Shown here: piece by piece, positions 23,980-35,053 of the stretch
How positions within the stretch are numbered: position 1 is the first letter of the stretch
How the letters are laid out: each line of letters starts with the position of its first letter
Assembly (NCBI GenBank): GCA_973895155.1
Contig: OZ316891.1
Location: 23,993,899-24,057,898 of the forward strand
Direction: 5' to 3'
From: Marsupella aquatica
Taxonomy: Eukaryota > Plantae > Marchantiophyta
Length of the DNA: 64,000 bases
Notes under the pieces: generated by a model
Database searches by the model: none
Seen by the model: the letters and a program-made list of their open reading frames with translations, nothing else
What the model was told of the DNA's origin: nothing
Position numbers and translations under genes: made by a program

Positions 23980-26903
23980 ACTGTCCCTGCTACTGCTCCC
24001 CACTTAGCCGTTTCATCCAATTGGTCTACATCCTTAACTTCCTCCGGAATTGCAGCTAAAAAGGTGGATTCTATTGTAAAGCAGTCCTCGACCTCTTCGT
24101 CTTCTTCTTCCAAGTCACCTTCCATTGGTTCTTGCCATAATCCGCTGGGGGGTACCTCTGGTCCAAAGACACCTTCTTCGGTTAGGTTAGTGAGGCATTC
24201 TAACCAACGTACTTCATCGGCTGACTCCAGTCCACTATCATACCCATCTACTTCCCTTATGCTTTTCCTACGGTCATCCTTAGTGTCCCAGGATACCGTG
24301 ATAGAGGGGGTCCCGAAAGTGAACTGCTTTTTACCCCAATCTTCTATTACCTCGGCTAGGTACAGCCATGGCCTACCAATCAATAGCCGGAATGACGTAG
24401 GATTTACCGGCTTCATTACTACATAGTTAATGCTAAAGAAGATACCTCCTATCTCTGTCTTGATGCCGGTTAACACTCCCGTCGGAATGACCTGATATCC
24501 ATTGGCCATGTTCAACACTCTTCCAGTCATCTCCGGTGTTAGACCCCACCCTTTTGCTGTTGAATCAATCATAATACATACCCCTGATCCTCCATCGATG
24601 GGTACCCGTAGTAATAATTCTCCTTGAATCATTAATGGTAATGCTGGGGCTCCTTGATCTTCTTCTATCATTAGTACGTCGGATCTGGTTGCTACCTTGG
24701 GTAATCTCGGCTTGCCGAGAATAGCCTTCCTTAATTGCTTCCGGAAGTACGGGCTATTTTTCAATAGTTGACCTACTATTGCCGAGACTCTAGATTCTAG
24801 TACATCTTTAGCTAGGTCATAGGGAACAATCGGCTTCTCTTCTGGTGGTGTTTCCGTCTTGGATTCGGCCAGTTTTGCCACGCTAGTCTCCACAGCTGTT
24901 GGGTCTTCCGAAGCAAACAATGCTTTTGCTCGTTTTACATCCTTGGCAATGGCTTCGGTATTCTCCAGGGTTTCTAATTCTCTTAGTTGTTCCTTAACAC
25001 TAGCCGTAACAGAGGGGTAGAACAACTTAGGATGATCTCGATTGAAGTCGCTATCTTGTGAAGGATTGGTTTCACTGGTGGGCTCATGGCTTACCTGTAT
25101 TGCCGGAGCCCTCCCTTCTCCTTCTGTTGATGTTGACGAAGAGTCGATCCTTTCCTCCGTAACCTTCCCTTTATTTTTGGCCAGCCCATCCCACCTTTCC
25201 TTCCTTCTGGTAGATCGAGTAGAGACCCGGTAGCAATCATGATCTAAATCCTCCTCTGAGAAGGTTGATAGGGCTTCGGCCTCATCATCAGATGGTACAA
25301 ACTCTGCCTCGGCATCCTCTTGCCATCCTAGTTCGATGTGGTTGATTTGAACTCCTCCGGGGGTAGTACCTGGCGGTAAGATCTTGATCGGCAAAAGCTT
25401 ATGATTTGCGGCCAGGCCTGCCAACCAAGTAGGACATTGCCCTAGCATATGACCTTCCTGTCGGCATCCCATACATAGCTGAGCTGGTTGTCCATCACCC
25501 TGTTTGCGTGCATTCGGGCATTCTCTAGCAAAATGGCCAGGTTGACCACAATTATAGCACGCCGCAAATCTTTGCACATTCAGCCTAGGAGGTACTGACG
25601 GGTTCTGAATAATCCGAGGATACATCTCTCCTGGATTGTTCCTTAATCCTGACCACAGAGATGCAGGTCTGTTGGATAGGTCTCGTGCTCCAGTCTCACT
25701 GATGCCGAAAACACTATCAGCGGCATCTCCCAAAAAGTACTCTACTTCTCCCTGACATGGTCTGATCTCGGCCACATGCCGAACATGATTAGTATTAAGC
25801 TTAGGACACGCATCTTTATGGTGTCCGGTTTTATAACATAAGGCACACCATACAGAGCTATCCTCCTGTACTACCTTCTTCTTTGGTTTTACCTCTGCAA
25901 TGATAGCCTTAAGTTGCTCGGTAAGGGCTACGATGTTATCTGGTGGCTTAGCCTCCATCTTGACTTTCGTCTTCCCTCTCCTTCTGCCCTTCCTTTTCCT
26001 AGTTTTTTCTTCTTCAGAACTAGAAGATGACTCACTCTTGCTACTCCCACTATCCGAGCTTGACTTATCACTTCTAGACTTCTTGGAATGTTTCTTCTTC
26101 TTATCTTTTTTCTTATGGGGTGATCCCTCCTCTGATGAGGAACTCTCAGACTTAAGCTGTTTCTTCCGGCTTGTGATATCTGCATTAATGTATAATTGAA
26201 TATCCTTAATTGCTTCGGCTAAAGTCTCCGGGTTCTCCTTCCTAATTGCAAAACTCATCTTCTGTGGCAAAGCATTCACCAACCATTGAAGTTGCATACC
26301 TTCAGATGCATTGGTCTTTGTACGTCTTACCAGTTTCTGAAAGCGTTGCAAGAACTTCCTGAAGGATTTGTTCTCCTTGAACCGAAGTTGTCCCAACTTC
26401 AACACTGCTAGTTCTGAAGTTCCAATGGGTCGAAACTCCTTAACAAAGAGTGTTTTGAAGATATCCCAGATGGCTTGATCTTCCACATCTAATGCTCTGT
26501 ACCAAGGCCTAGCCTCACCCTTGAACAGGCCGGGAAGAATCTGCATCTTGATGGCCGATTCTCCATTTGCTGCAGCGGTTCCCTCGAAATCATCCAACCA
26601 TTCGTCCGGATCCTCATCTCCTCTCCCATGAAATGCCTTGTAATGTATGCGCGACCGCTGGCTCAATCTGGTCCCTGGCCTCTCGTCTGGCCGTGCCTCT
26701 GGTTCCCCCATGTCGGTTGGAGACTCACTTCTCCTTACCGACTCTTCTTCTGGTATGTCTTCTTCGACGCCACTTCCAGTTTCGGAGCTACCAGCTCTTT
26801 CTGCCCCTCTCAGTCGCTGTGTATCATGCCACCCGGCGAGCTGCTGCAGTCGAGCTCTCTCCCGTTGAATCACTCTTTCTTCCCTCGGCGTAAGGTCAGT
26901 CAT
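23910..26903 (-). CDS. gag: Gag with three CCHC zinc knuckles fused to aspartic protease, 997 aa
   Basis: FHGRGDEDPDEWL...GEARPWY...WDIFKTLFVKEF. Knuckles CALCYKTGHHKDAC, CYNCGQPGHFAREC, CMGCRQEGHMLGQC. Protease IDGGSGV...LLIGRPWL. Confidence 0.92.
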   Translation of the reverse strand: MTDLTPREERVIQRERARLQQLAGWHDTQRLRGAERAGSSETGSGVEEDIPEEESVRRSESPTDMGEPEARPDERPGTRLSQRSRIHYKAFHGRGDEDPDEWLDDFEGTAAANGESAIKMQILPGLFKGEARPWYRALDVEDQAIWDIFKTLFVKEFRPIGTSELAVLKLGQLRFKENKSFRKFLQRFQKLVRRTKTNASEGMQLQWLVNALPQKMSFAIRKENPETLAEAIKDIQLYINADITSRKKQLKSESSSSEEGSPHKKKDKKKKHSKKSRSDKSSSDSGSSKSESSSSSEEEKTRKRKGRRRGKTKVKMEAKPPDNIVALTEQLKAIIAEVKPKKKVVQEDSSVWCALCYKTGHHKDACPKLNTNHVRHVAEIRPCQGEVEYFLGDAADSVFGISETGARDLSNRPASLWSGLRNNPGEMYPRIIQNPSVPPRLNVQRFAACYNCGQPGHFARECPNARKQGDGQPAQLCMGCRQEGHMLGQCPTWLAGLAANHKLLPIKILPPGTTPGGVQINHIELGWQEDAEAEFVPSDDEAEALSTFSEEDLDHDCYRVSTRSTRRKERWDGLAKNKGKVTEERIDSSSTSTEGEGRAPAIQVSHEPTSETNPSQDSDFNRDHPKLFYPSVTASVKEQLRELETLENTEAIAKDVKRAKALFASEDPTAVETSVAKLAESKTETPPEEKPIVPYDLAKDVLESRVSAIVGQLLKNSPYFRKQLRKAILGKPRLPKVATRSDVLMIEEDQGAPALPLMIQGELLLRVPIDGGSGVCIMIDSTAKGWGLTPEMTGRVLNMANGYQVIPTGVLTGIKTEIGGIFFSINYVVMKPVNPTSFRLLIGRPWLYLAEVIEDWGKKQFTFGTPSITVSWDTKDDRRKSIREVDGYDSGLESADEVRWLECLTNLTEEGVFGPEVPPSGLWQEPMEGDLEEEDEEVEDCFTIESTFLAAIPEEVKDVDQLDETAKWGAVAGTVDFLQALWQSRRGPQRHRSSARN
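23920..23979 (-). promoter_or_regulatory. Candidate -1 programmed ribosomal frameshift signal
   Basis: G GAU UUU heptamer in the gag frame, 5-nt spacer, perfect 10-bp stem GGCGUUGUGG/CCACAACGCC, and loop GCCGA complementary to downstream UCGGC. Confidence 0.7.
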
Positions 26904-26950
26904 TACCTACGCTTCCGTTCTAACTTCATATCTCACGGCTTAAGAAATGC

Positions 26951-26968
26951 CCCCTCCATCTAGCGCCA
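26951..26968 (-). promoter_or_regulatory. Primer-binding site, probably tRNA-Asn
   Basis: TGGCGCTAGATGGAGGGG lies 4 nt after the LTR's CA end and resembles the complement of the plant tRNA-Asn 3' end (…CCCUCCUUCUAGCGCCA) with 1 mismatch. Confidence 0.75.
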
Positions 26969-26972
26969 AAAA

Positions 26973-29900
26973 TGTGGTGCGTCCCATGGCTCCCTAAACC
27001 CAAGAAACCCCCCAGCTCAAGCCGATTCCCGCAGGTTTCGTGCTTGGCGAGGCCGTTTCCGCGGCTTAGCGGCATGGGACGCTGCTAACCTTCTACTACT
27101 ACTATTAACATTTTACACACATATACTGGACAGATCCTTCATCGGGTCATGAGATACGTAGCCGGCCTAATATAGGCCTTCCCTTGTCTTCCCCTGTCTT
27201 CCCCTCCGTCTTGTTAGGTATGTTTGGATTCCGCCGCCGGAATGATCCCCAATAGGCTTGGTTAAGCCGCTAAGACCTCTCTCAGCTCGACACATCCAAC
27301 TATCACTCCCCTGCTTACTTTCCTTCCTTCTGTTGATGTGGGCACTCTTCACACAAGTTAATGCGACACACAAATAGCAAAATGACTCATTCTGACTGAG
27401 TCATACCATGCACTTGCCATACAAACAGTACATCTCATACACAAGTTCTGCGAACTAAGCCGTGAGGCCAACTCTATTCAGCTCTTAGGCATGAGGAAAC
27501 ATGAATATACACAAGGGTCACTGTATGACTAACCGAGAGCTTCTCGTACTACTTGATCCCAGCCCGGCTGGTGCAAACTAAAAACTTGCTAAAGAAGAGG
27601 CCCTGAGCTCCCCGCTGCCCAGGTACTTATCCTGGTAGTGGATCCGCCATTCTTTGCATCGTAAGCCTAATCTACCTGACAGTAATCTACTTGCCCGAAT
27701 CTACCTATGTACAGCAAGGCAGGAGCACAAGTGTTGCTCCTACCAGTGGAACCGCAATCCCACTAAGCTAAGTGTCAGGGCCACTCCTGGTTCTGATCCT
27801 AATCCTAAACATGGAGATCCGCGCCCGCCCTGCCCACTCACGCCTCCTCCCTCCACGTCCGCCCTCCCTAAAAGGAACGGCGCCCTTGCACCGTCACGAC
27901 ACCGGTGGTGGATCCTCAATGGACGCCCCCAACACTTCCTCCTCAGCCACTGCCGTTGGCCCGCCTACTGACAGATTACCTGCCCTTGACCGAGTCAACT
28001 CTCCATCGGCCTGACTGGGTCCACCTTCGGCTTCAGCCTCGACACCGGCCTCGGCAATACCCACGGCTTCGGCCTCAGCCACTCCCACGGCTTCGGCTTC
28101 AGCCACTCCCTCGGCTTCGGCCTCCCCTTCCCCTAGGGTAGTTGGATCCTTAGCCGTGACCCTGTCTGGGGTCGGTGCTGGGTCTACCTCCTTGATCACC
28201 ACGGCCTGTGAAGTCGTATTACTCCTTGACCTTGGAGGTTTCCGCTTCTTCTTCGTTGGTGGCTCGGCAGCTGGTCCCTTCCCCTTCCCACTTACTTCCG
28301 GCACTGGTGCAGTTGACGCGGCTTGTCCTTCGGCAATTACCACCCCTGGTAACTGGTTTGTCCCAACGGGAGATGGACCTGCTGCAGCTAAGCATTTAAA
28401 TACTGCGGCTTGTTTCTTCAGCCGCTCTGTTTGGTTGTCGGCCCGCCGCTGTAGGTTCTCCATCTTCCTCGTGATTTCCTCCAACTCCTCTTGGGTTTCA
28501 TCCAGGTCCTTACGTGCCCCCTCCAGCTCGTTTTTGGCCTCCTCCTGCTCCCTGTGGGCTTCCTCCAATTCCTTCTTCAAGGTAGCCCTCTCCTCCTGGG
28601 TTGCTCTTAGCTCCTTGTCGAGCTCTGCAATGATGACAGACTCCATCTGGTTCATCTTGGCGTAAGTCTGTTCGAGCATCTCGTCCTTCTCCCTTAGGTC
28701 GGCCTTGAAGCTGGCCGTCAGGGACGCAAGCTCCTGCTGCAGCGCCATAATCCCTTGATAGGATTTCCCTAACTCGACCTCCTTCTGCTCAAGGGCTCCG
28801 CGGATTTTCTCGAGCTCCCCTTTCAACGCCCATTCCTTTCTTTGGGTCTCCGCCATGGCCCGGCTGTTGGCTGTTATGTGGGCCTCCTCTGTATTCTTCA
28901 GCTCTTGCTTCCACTTCTCCCTCTCTTTGATCGTGTTGGCCAACTCTTCCTGCGTCTGAGTCAGTTTATCCTTGATATTCTGATTATCAGCCTGCGCGGT
29001 GTCCAACTGCCCCTGCATGATGTTCAGCTCATGTTGTTTAATCCGCAGTTCATCTTGGGCTTTCTTGGCCGCCCTTAGATTTTCAATCTCGGCTTCCATC
29101 CTCCTAAGCCGCCGAATGACCTCGTCCTTCTTGCTTCTCTCTAAAGCCACCGCTTCTTCTAATTGGTGCTTCTCCAACTGCTCCTTGTGAAAAAAGGGTC
29201 CTACCTCCAACTCCTCTCCAAAGATGCCGAGCGCAAGTTCCCCACACATCTCACCATACTCCATGGCTCTATTCTTAGCGTAGGTGGAGTAAGTAGAAGT
29301 GATCGGCATCGCCCATCGTGGCCTCTGCTCCCACGCCGTCCTGCGGATCTCTTCAATCGTGGCTAGAGGTTTGCTTCCTTTTTCGGCTAGCCGCCTGATG
29401 TCCTCCGGCCAATCTCCTCCTGGTAAATCCTTTTCCTTAGCCAGGGCGGCCTCTTCCTCCTGCTTGATTCGCTCCTGAAATTCCTGCACCGTCTGTTTTA
29501 TGCCGTCAAAGCTCGGGGGAGCGACATCTGGTGGGGGAGACTCAGGGCTACTCTGCTGGTTGGGGTCCCCTCGCACTACCCTTGGAAGTGTGGGGACAAA
29601 CCGGCCACAGGTCCTTACTCCTGGAACGTGATGGTCCGACCCATAGCCGGAATTATCATGGCTGCAGTCCTCCACTGCCTCCTCTACCTCTTGGACGTCC
29701 GGCTTCTCCCTCTCCTCTTCGTTGGTAGGAGCTTCAGGCAATTCTGCCTCAGATTCGGAGCTTGAGGTTCCCACGTACATTCGAACACCTGGCTTGGATT
29801 CCGGCCTGATTCTCTTCTTGTCTCCAGCAAAGGGGTTTTCTCTTGTGAGCCGGTGTAGGCCTACCTCTGTAGTAGTGTCCTGCATTGTTGCCGTTGCCAT

Positions 29901-31631
29901 TGTTGTTGCCGATGCCGATTTCTTTTCTTTCTCCAGTAGTTTCAGCAGACTCTGCATGCCTGGTTGCTGCATCGGCAAGTCTTCCTTCCTGGGCCTAAAC
30001 ACCTGCTCGATCGTAGGACTAACAGGTGGTTGAGGCTTCTCAGCCAACGGCCTCGGCGTTGGAGCTTCCTCGGGTGCCCTTACCTGCAGGGGAAGTACCG
30101 GGGCAAAAGTCTGACTCTGGCATACCGGCACAACAGCGGCATGTGATAGCCAAGCCGCGACACGCTCCCCATGCCGATTACCTGCTGCTCCTCCTTTAAG
30201 ATCTTCTTCAATTGGTTGAGGAGGTACCCGTTGTAGTCCCGGCTTGGGTCTGGCCTTTCTGCCAGATAGACCTGTGCCTTGCCGATCTCTGCCCTCGGTA
30301 AGTTACAATGCATGGTCACCCGCAAGAAGTCGATCATCTCTCCTATGTGCGGGTTGGTGCAGGTGTTCCGGAAGAAGCCATTCTTCGTTGATGGCCCGGG
30401 GAACGACCGGAACTCCTTGTCAGGCAAGGTCTTCCTGGTATCAACTTTGGTCTTATTGCCCATCGGCAAGCCAAACACTTCGGCAATCACCTTGGGAGTA
30501 AGATAGAAATCCTTCCCATATATCCTCGTGCAATTGGTCTCGGGTTCCCATGACCCCACGAATTCTAATAGGTCTGACTCCGGTACCTCCGGCTTCAGCC
30601 ATGGTAATCTTACAAAGGCCTCCAAGCCGGATCCGGCCATGAAGCCTTGGTACTTCTTGGTCTGCATGGCCGTAAAGCATGCATCCTCCTCCCGTGCAAA
30701 ATGTAGTTGCACCTCCACCGGTAGGGTTGCCGCCCAGCCCTTCCAGGTGTCATCCCTGGTTGGAATGGCCTTGATGGGATCGACCTCCTCCTCTTCGGCT
30801 TCTCCCTGCCTCCTGCTCTGCTGCTCGGCTGGCTTCTTTGGTGCCGCCGACCTTGTTCTTTTTTCCGGGGTGGCTTCATCGTTGACGGCCCCCTTCCTCT
30901 TCATCTCTGCTGCCGTGGAGGTTTCTCCTAGCACCGTTGCCTGGGTCCACCTTTCCGTGCTACCCTTTAATTCCCAGTGTATGTCGTTGCAGTTCTTGAT
31001 GGCCTCTCGGATGCCGACGACGCTGTCTTTGCAAAACAGAAGATCGTCGAGTTGATTGGAAGTAGGCGTCCACAGGAACTCGTCCTTGATGAGTTCGCCT
31101 CCTAAGAAAGCCGTCTTCTGCAGCTCCCACAATCGAGCGAGCTCCTGCCATTCTCGAGCTGCCCTTTCTGACTCCTCGTCCTCGTAAGTCTTGATGTACT
31201 CAGTTGCCCGTTCGAACAGGCATCCCCAGAAATGTGCCGCTTGATTGACGTTGCTCATACCCTCCTTAGGTCGATCGTCGGTATCTACTCTCTCCCCGAG
31301 TGCTTGCCTAAGCAGCTGACAGTAGTTGGCCTCCCGTAGTCGTCTGCCTAGTTCGTGCTCGCAAATGAGCCACCATCTCCTGCAAGCGCTCCTTACCCCT
31401 CTCCTCTGCCGGTCCTTCTTCCCGTTGATCCTTCCTAGCCGCCGACGCTTAACGCGCCCTAACCCTAATCGGGTTTTCACCCTCAGCCTTACCTCCGGCC
31501 TCTGCCCGGGTTCCATGGTTGCCCCTAATTGTTTATATTTTCCTTGTTTTGTCACTATACTAAGGTGTTCCTAGGGTGCCTTCCTGCTTTACCCACTTAA
31601 CCGGCCGAGTGATTCCTGTCTAGGCATCACA
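26973..31631 (-). repeat. 5' LTR of element A (LTR2, 4659 bp)
   Basis: TGTGATGCCTAG...CACCACA termini, followed by the PBS. Confidence 0.93.
27894..31516 (-). pseudogene. LTR-encoded ORF copy with the same 1-bp deletion as LTR1
   Basis: The 491-aa and 745-aa ORFs are nearly identical to the other copies. Confidence 0.85.
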
Positions 31632-34600
31632 TTTGCGAAGACAGAATTGTCGGCATTTGGGAAGCCATCAACCGCTGCAACAACGTGCATTGGGAGTTGA
31701 AGGGTAGCACGAAGGGGTGGACAAAGGCAATTGTGCTAGGAGAAACATCCACGGCAGCCGAGATGAAGAGGAAAGGAAACAACAACGAAAAGGCCACCCC
31801 GACAAAAAGAACGAGGTCGGCGGCACCAAGGAAGCCAGCAGAGCAGTAGAATAGGAGGCAGGGAGAAGCCGAAGAGGAGGAGGTTGACCCCATCAATGCC
31901 ATTCCAACAAAGGATGACACTTGGAAAGGCTGGGCGGCGACCCTACCAGAGGAAATGCAATTACAGTTTGCACAGGAGGAGGATGCATGCTTTACGGCCA
32001 TGTAGACTAAGAAGTACCAGGGTTTCATGGCCGGATTCGGCTTGGAAACCTTTGTAAAATTACCATGGCTGAAGCCGGAGGTGCCGGACTCAGACTTATT
32101 AGAATTTGTGGGATCATGGGAACCCGAGACCAATTCCACGAGGGTGTATGGGGAGGATTTCTATCTCACTCCCCAGGTGATTGCCGAAGTGTTTGGCTTG
32201 CCGATGGGCAATAAGACCAAAGTTGATACCAAGAAGACCTTGCCTGACAAGGAGTTCTGGTTGTTCTCAGGATCATCACCGAAGAATGGCTTCTTCCGGA
32301 ACACCTGCACCAACCCGCACATCGGAGAGATGATCAATTTCTTGCGGGTGACCATGCATTGTAACTTGCCAAGGGCAGAGATCGGCAAGGCTCAGGTCTA
32401 CCTGGCAGAAAGGCCAGACCCAAGCCGGGATTACAACGGGTACCTCCTCAACCAACTGAAGAAGATCTTGAAGGAGGAACATCAGGTGATCGGCGTGGGA
32501 AGCGTGTCCCGGCTTGGCTATCACATGCCGCTGTTATGCCGGTATGCCAGAAGTCAGATCTTTGCCCCAGTACTTCCCTTATTGGCAAGGGCACCAGAGG
32601 AGGTTCCGGAGCAGAGGCTGGCAACAGAAGATCCCAACCAGCCTGCCAGTCCTACGATCGAGCAGGTGTTTTGGCCAAGGAAAGAAGACTTGCCGATGCA
32701 ACAATCAGGCATGCAGAATCTGCTGAAATTGCTGGAAAAGGAGAGGACGGCACCGGCAATGGCAACGGCACCGATACAGGACACTAGGGAAAACCCCTTT
32801 ATCGGAGCCAAGGAGAGAAGGAGGTCAGAACACAAGCCGGGAGTTTGAATGTATGTGGGAGCCTCAAGCCCCAAAGTGGAGGCAGAGCAGCCTAAGGCTC
32901 CTTCCCGCGGAAAGTAGAGGGAGATAATAGCCTGGAAACCAGAGGAGGAACCAAAGCCCATGATCTGTGAGGCCGTTTTCACGGCAAGACGAGGGGAACA
33001 TTGGGGGAAGCCGGGAGTCCAAGCAGTAGAGGAGGCGGTGGAGGACTACAGCAATGATAACTCCGGCTATGGGTCGGATCATCATGTTCCAAGAGTAAGG
33101 ACCTATGGCCGGTTTATCCCCACGCTTCCAAGAGTAGTTCGAGGGGACCCCACCGAGCAGAGTAGCCCCTAGTCTCCCCCACCAGATGTTGCTCCCCCAA
33201 GCTTTGATAGCATAAAGCAGACGGCACAAGAGTTTCAGGAGCCACTTAGGGAGGAAGAGAAGGCAGCCCTGGCTAGGGAGAAAGATTTACCAGGAGGAGA
33301 TTGGTCGGAGGACATCAGGCGGCTTGCCAAAAAAAGAAGCAACCTTCTTGCCACCATAGAAGAAATCCGCAAGGCGGCTTGGGAATAGAGGCCGCGGTGG
33401 TTGATGCCGATGACTTGTACTTACTCCACCTATGCTAAAGATAGAGCCATGGAGTACGGGGAGATGTGTGGGGAACTTGCGCTCAGCATCTTTGGGGAGG
33501 AGTTGGAGCAGGGACCCTTTTTCCAGAGGGAGATGTTGGAGAAGCACCAATTAGAAGAAGTAGTGGCTTTGGAGAGAAGCAAGAAGGACGAGGTCATCCG
33601 GCGGCTTAGGGAGATGGAAGCCGAGGTGGAGGACCTGCAGGCGGCCAAGAAAGCCCAAGATGAGCTGCGGATTAAACGGCATGAGCTAAACATCATGCAG
33701 GGACAATTGGATACCGCGCAGTCTGATAATCAGATTATCAAGGATAAACTGATTCGGACCCAAGGAGTGTTGGCCAACGCGATCAAGGACAGGGAGAAGT
33801 GGAGGCAGGAGCTGAGGGATGCAGAGGAGGCCCATATAACTGCCAACAACCGGGCCATGGCGGAAACCCAGAGAAAAGAGAGGGCGTTGAAAGGAGAGCT
33901 CGAGGATATCCACGGAGCCCTTGAGCAGAAGGAGGCCAAGTTAGGGAAATCCTATCAAGGGATTATTGCGCTGCAGCAGGAGCTTGCGTCCCTGACGGCC
34001 AGCTTCAAGGCCGACCTGCGTGAGAAGGACGACCAGCTCAACCAGACTTATGCCAAGATGAATAAGATGGAGTTGGAGGTCGTAACAGAGCTCGACAAGG
34101 AGCTAAGAGCAACCCAGGAGGAGAGGGCTACCTTAAAGAAGGAATTGGAGGAAGCCAAAAAGGAGCTGCAAGAGGGATGGAAGGACCTGGAGGAAGCCTA
34201 GGAGGAGTTGGAGGAAACCACCAGGAAGATGGAGAACTTATAGCGGCGGGCCGACAACCAAATGGAGCGGCTGAAGAAATAGGCCGCAGTATTTAAGTGC
34301 TTAGCTTCATTTGTTCCAACTCCAATTGTGGGAACCCCGTTACCAGGAGGGGTACTGGCCAAAGGACAAGCCGAGACACACGCCCAATGCCGAAGATAAG
34401 TGGCAAAGGGAAGGGACCAGTTGCCAAATAGGGAAAAAGAAGAAGCGGAAACCTTCTGGGTCTGGGAGTTATACGGCTTCTCAAGCCGTTGTGACCCAAG
34501 AGGTCAACCCGGCACCAACCTTCGGCATGGTCACGGCAGTAGATCCACCTGTTAAAGAAGGTGGGGATGGCAAGGCCAAGGCCAAGACAACTATTGATGA

Positions 34601-34977
34601 AGCCACGGTAGCAAACCCACCACTAGAGCAAGCCGAGGAAACCGTACCCGGGGAGGCCGTGGCCGATGCTGAGGCCGAAGCCGAGGGTGGACCCAGTCAA
34701 GCCAATGAAGAGTTGACTTGGTCCGGGGCAGGTAATCTGTCAGAGGACGGGCCAACGGTAGTGGCTGCGGGGGAAGCGTTGGGGGCGTCCATTGAGGACC
34801 CGCCACCGGTGTCGTGACGGTGCAAGGGCTTTTAGGAAGGGCAAACGTGGAGGTAGGAGGCGTGAGTGGGCAAGGCGGGCTTGGATCTCCAAGTTTAGGA
34901 TTAGGATTAGGATCAGGACCAGGAGACGGCCCTAACACTTAGATTAGTGGGATGGCGGATCCACTGGTAGGAGCAAC
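31632..34977 (+). pseudogene. Older, diverged copy of the ORF-bearing LTR (target of element A)
   Basis: Homologous ORF pieces (273, 266, 168 aa) with many stops. It starts mid-ORF exactly at element A's end. Confidence 0.85.
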
Positions 34978-35053
34978 GGGCATCACCACCAAGATAGGAA
35001 ACAGGAAAACAGGATTACTGGTACCAGTAAAAAACACGATCTAAAAATGTACC
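34978..35053. mobile_element. Terminal fragment of a small MITE-like repeat
   Basis: GGGCATCACCACC...GGAAAC...TTACTGGTACCAG...ACGATCTAAAAATGTACC is the reverse-complement homologue of 54986-55102. Confidence 0.6.

Larger units (their letters stand above)
16213..31631 (-). mobile_element. Ty3/Gypsy non-chromovirus (Athila-like or outgroup) LTR retrotransposon, element A
   Basis: 5'LTR 31631-26973, PBS, gag-PR, pol (RT-RH-IN, no chromodomain, no extra archaeal RNase H), PPT, 3'LTR 20772-16213 truncated by the CACTA. Confidence 0.93.
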
